A stretch of DNA of 64,000 nt, from positions 42,782,001 to 42,846,000 of the forward strand of contig CM059432.1 in assembly GCA_030390025.1 (NCBI GenBank). Direction: 5' to 3'. Positions 59,901-64,000 of this stretch are shown here, piece by piece. This DNA is from Squalus acanthias. Lineage: Eukaryota. The notes under the pieces were generated by a model that was given only the letters and a program-made list of their open reading frames with translations, had not been told where the DNA came from and made no database searches. Both the position numbers and the translations under genes were made by a program. Each line of letters begins with the position of its first letter. Positions within the stretch are counted from its first letter, which is position 1.

Positions 59901-62147
59901 GGGCTGGATTTTCCGGGGGATCAGCGAGCACGATCGGTGGCAGGTTGGGTGGGAAAGTGTTTTGTTTTCGCAGCGGGTCGGGACCCCGCTGTGAACCCGC
60001 CACCACACGCCTTTCCCCGATGTCGGGTCTGTCAGCGCTGAGCAGACCCGACAAGCAGTGGCGGAGACACAATTCAGGTCATTATGACCTTGTTTAGAGA
60101 TCATTAAGAACACATTTGAGCTCACCTTTTGATTTTATGTGCTCGACCACGGGGTCCTTGCTGCTCAGGATCACGTCTGTTAAGCTGAGGTGGAAGTTCA
60201 GTGGCCATTGAATCAGCTGTTGAGTTGACAGCTTCAAATGTAAAGTAAAAGCTCCCACCTTACAGAGATATCTTCCCTCAGCCACAAGCTCTTCCTCACT
60301 GCATTTCCACAACAGATTCACATGCTGCAAGTCTTTACACAAGTCTCCATCCAGTCTGACCTCATTACCTCGCTCACCATTGACAGATTGCTTCTGTCAT
60401 CCCTACTTCACCTGCCATCTATTCCATCAGCATAGGTGCCCTTTATACTATCTCACCTTGGTCCTCAGAATCCCACCACGATCAGCCCCAACACCAGCAG
60501 CACCAGGCACACCAGCAGCACCAGGCACACCAGCAGCACCAACAACAACACCAAACTTCTCCGCAATCAACTGATGCTGCACAGGACAAAGGGCATCAGC
60601 ACCCGACCACATTGCTGCCCTGGAGGCCAGGGATGGCCTCACCATAGCCAGATTTACTTCACTTGACACTGCACACCCTGGCTGCCACATGATGCACCAG
60701 GTTGGCACCACCCCACACCAACACCATAAAGCATCCCTACAATGCCCAAGCCATTCCTTTCACACTCATCACCATTGTGGGGGGAACTGTTATGTCTCAC
60801 CATTCACTGTAATGCACTAAGCCACTTCCAAAGGTGCACACAAATCTGTCCAAGAACGCAAAGTGTTGAAAATAAAGATTTCAATGTTTGACACCACATT
60901 AACAGAAACTTTACATGGACATTGCATAAAACACCCAAGTGCCTACCCTTGTGTGTTATTTGGTATGATTGGACTAGGATGAGGGTGAGTGTGAAGGGTG
61001 GCTAGTGAGATGGGGGTGTGATAATGTAGATAGGGAGGGATGGGTGGAGGTCCAAGGCAAGTTGGTGTGAGTAAGGATGTGCAGGAGTAGGGTAGAGAAG
61101 GCAGAGTGATGGGGATGTGATGAGAGGCACAGCAGGATGAGGTTGAGTGTGGCTTTGCAATAACGTTTCGTGATCTACTGAGATCATTGAAACATTTGCG
61201 GCACTGCACCCAGGTCCTCCTGACCACATCCCTGCTTGTGACTTCCTGTGCAATGTGCAATCAGGTTGTGTTGATCTCCTGGGGAGGTCTCTTCCGCTCA
61301 TGGGAAGGGAAGAGGACCTCCCTGCGTATTGTGACTCCCTCCATAAGCATATGGAGGGAGTGATGGGAGAGCATGGGTGCAGCAGTGCACCTCTGTGCAG
61401 TGATTGTCAGTGTTTGCAGCACCTCAATGCTGTAGATCACTGACAGCACAAATGTCAAAATAAAGTTGGCCATGGTCCCTTTAAGGAAACCGACTGATGA
61501 CGCATAAGAAAGAAAGACTTGCATTTATATAGTGCCTTTCACGACCACCGGACATCTCAAAGCGCTTTACAGCCAAAGAAGTACTTTTGAAGTGGAATCA
61601 CTGTTGTAATGTGAGAAACGCGGCAGCCAATTTGCGCACAGCAAGCTCCCACAAACAGCAATGTGAAAATGACCGGATAATAGGTTTTTTTGTTATGTTG
61701 GTTGAGGGAGAAAAATTAGCCAGGACACCAGGGATAACTCCTCTACTCTTCTTCAAAATAGTGCCATGGGATCTTTTACGTCCACCTGAGAGAGCATACA
61801 GGGCCTCAGTTTAACGTCTCATCCAAAAGACGGCAGCCCCGACAGTGCAGCACTCCCTTAGTACGGCACTGGAGTGTCAGCCTAGCTTTATGTGCTCAAG
61901 TCCCTAGAGTGGGACTTGAACCCACAACCTTCTGACTCAGAGGCGAGTGTACTTCCAACTGAGCACATCATCAAATGATGTCACGAGACCTGCTTCCTCT
62001 AATTGGCCAGCAAACGCGCTGGGCGGGCTTAACAAGCCCAATCAAGGGAAATTCATTTCAGAGGCTGGGATGGAGACAGCAGCGGGGTCGGGACCCGCCA
62101 CCGACATCGCCCACCACGGACCCGCCGAGGTTAGCAAAATCGCAGCC
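59901..62147. mobile_element. Deleted Harbinger: Myb exon 1 on the minus strand (~61170-61400) and a Q/H-rich transposase-like 5' stub on the plus strand
   Basis: GGGCTGGATTTT ... AAAATCGCAGCC with TGT on both sides; RREVLFPSHERKRPP and RRTWVQCRKCFNDL. Confidence 0.75.
61505..61960 (-). mobile_element. DeuSINE inserted in the Harbinger derivative
   Basis: Reverse complement of 8700-9125. Confidence 0.85.
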
Positions 62148-62274
62148 TGTCTCTCTATTCCAAATAACTCTCTATTTGTCCCCCAATTCTAATTATTTCT
62201 CTCTTCTCTTTCTCTGTCTTTATCTTTCATTTTATTTTTCTCCATTCTCTTTCCTTTTCTCGTGCATTTCGAAA

Positions 62275-63935
62275 AAATAGAATACAAAAGCAGGGAGGCA
62301 ATGTTAAATCTATTTAGAACTGTGGTTAGATTACACTTGGAGTATTGCGTGCAGTTCTGGTCTCCATAGTACAAAAAGATTTTTGAAGCACTGGAGAAAG
62401 TGCATAAAAGATTTATAAGGATGTTACCAGAATTGTCAGGATTCAACTATCAAGAAAGATTGAGCAGGCTGGAGCTCTTTTCTCACTTGCCCTCTCCCTT
62501 TGTATCAGCCGCTCCTTAATTTTGTTTCCTGTCTTTTGTATACTTCCCATATAGTTTTAAAATTATTTTTTACTGTCCCCGTGGGGCCAAAAGGAGCAGG
62601 ATGCTCTTCCATTCCCACAAGGAAAGCTTGTGTTTCCCCTGCTGCGGACTCGCCTCCACCCTCCCATTATCTCATTGAAACATAGAAGATTCTGAGGGGG
62701 GTTGACAGTGTAGATGCTGAGAGGTTGTTTCTCCTGGCTGGAGAGTCTAGAATTAGCAGTCATAGGCCGCGATTTTTCCTCTCGATGCGGCTTGGGGGTG
62801 GGACAGCTGCCTTCCGGGTTCCAATCCCGCCCCCAACGATGTCCAACGCACAGACGTGATTTTGCGTCAATTGGCCTTGTTAAGCCCACCCTGCAGGCTT
62901 GCCGGCCAATTAAGAGGAAGCCGATGTCAGATGACATCAGATGATGACGCGTCATCTGCCGGTTTTCTTAAAGGGACCACACACAATTTTTTTTGACAGC
63001 TGATTTTTCAGTGTTTGACAGCATTGAGGTGCTGCAAACACTGACAATCACTCTGCAAAGGTGAGCCCTTGCCCCTAGGCTCTCCAGTAACTCCCTCCTT
63101 AGGCTAGAACAAATGCCAGCTGCAGGTGAGGTTACAGAAGCGATCTGTCACTGGTGAGAGAGGTTCTCCCAATGAGGTGGGACTACACAAACAATTCAAA
63201 ACTTGTCACCTACAGAAAAGTCTAAATACATTAAAAATGATTTTCTCAACATTTTCTTACCTCTGAAACTCACCAGAGTACCATTGGATACTTCACACCA
63301 CTTCTGCAGCTGTCATCAATGCAGAAACATTACAGTAGACCCACAGCACGCCACACTTACCTGGCGTGGTGTCCAGACGTCAGGAAGCCCGCAGTAAACC
63401 TGTCAAAATTGCAAAAAGCCTCTTAACTGCCTGTTAACAACCTGTTAACAAGCAGTTAAGTGCCTATAATCCTCTTCCCGCCGCTTGGTGTCGGGTCCAT
63501 GCGCAAATCGGGGACCCAACACCTGGGAAGATTGTCTGGAGACGGGTTGAACCGCTGTCAATCTTTGCGATTTTGCCGGATGTCCCGCCTCCAAACCCGC
63601 CCCCTGAGCGCCGGCAAAATTCCCCCCATAGTCTCAGGAAAAGGGGTCGGCCATTTAAGACTGAGATGAGGAGGAATTTCTTCACTCAGAGGGTTGTGAA
63701 TCTTTGGAATTCTCTACCTCAAAGTGCTGTGGATGCTGAATTGTTGAGTATATTCAAGGCTGAGATAGATAGATTTTTGGACTCATGGGGAATCAAGGGA
63801 TATGGGGATCGAGCGGTAAAGTGGAGTTGAGGTTGAAGATCAGCCATGATCTTATTGAATGGCGGAGCAGGCTCGAAGGGCCGTATGGCCTACTCCTGCT
63901 CCTAGTTCTTATGTTCTTACATTCTTACGTTCTTT
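62275..63935 (+). mobile_element. CR1 3' fragments, the last interrupted by a MITE
   Basis: LEYCVQFWSP (~62340) and RNFFTQRVVNLWNSLP (~63680), followed by a (TTCTTAYR)n tail. Confidence 0.8.
62765..63627. mobile_element. Harbinger-family MITE
   Basis: Imperfect TIRs GGCCGCGATTTT / AAAATTCCCCCC with ATA duplication (62762-62764, 63628-63630). CR1 sequence resumes. Confidence 0.75.
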
Positions 63936-64000
63936 TGTTCTCCCGATCGCAAGGCACACATGGGACAGCCCCGGTGGTCGATCCCACCACATACAATAGC

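Overview
This window is non-genic or intronic vertebrate DNA, most likely from a cartilaginous fish (shark or ray). That assignment is inferred from HE1-type V-SINEs, tRNA-headed DeuSINEs and abundant CR1/L2 LINEs. I recognised no host protein-coding gene, and most of the window is nested transposable elements. (1) The main item is an 8.5-kb provirus at 20212-28749 (minus strand). It has ~1.1-kb LTRs, a CACT target duplication and a tRNA-Arg(ACG) primer-binding site. Its Gag has a coiled coil, an overlapping PSAP/PPPY late domain and a CCHC knuckle. Its Pol has LPQG/YVDD, two RNase H-like domains and integrase, and a C-terminal env remnant follows. This layout best fits a lokiretrovirus-like lineage. 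(2) Two young Penelope-like elements (RT + GIY-YIG) each carry a minimal type-I hammerhead ribozyme, and the stems co-vary between the copies. (3) A full-length PIF/Harbinger transposon at 36875-41146 has a spliced Myb/SANT gene convergent with a DDE transposase. Myb-only derivatives and many related MITEs share a CCAAT/CRE-like module with it. (4) There are also a deleted Gypsy element with short LTRs, a decayed hAT transposase, and several multi-level nested insertions. All family assignments come from motif recognition by eye. No searches were run, and boundaries of old elements are approximate.
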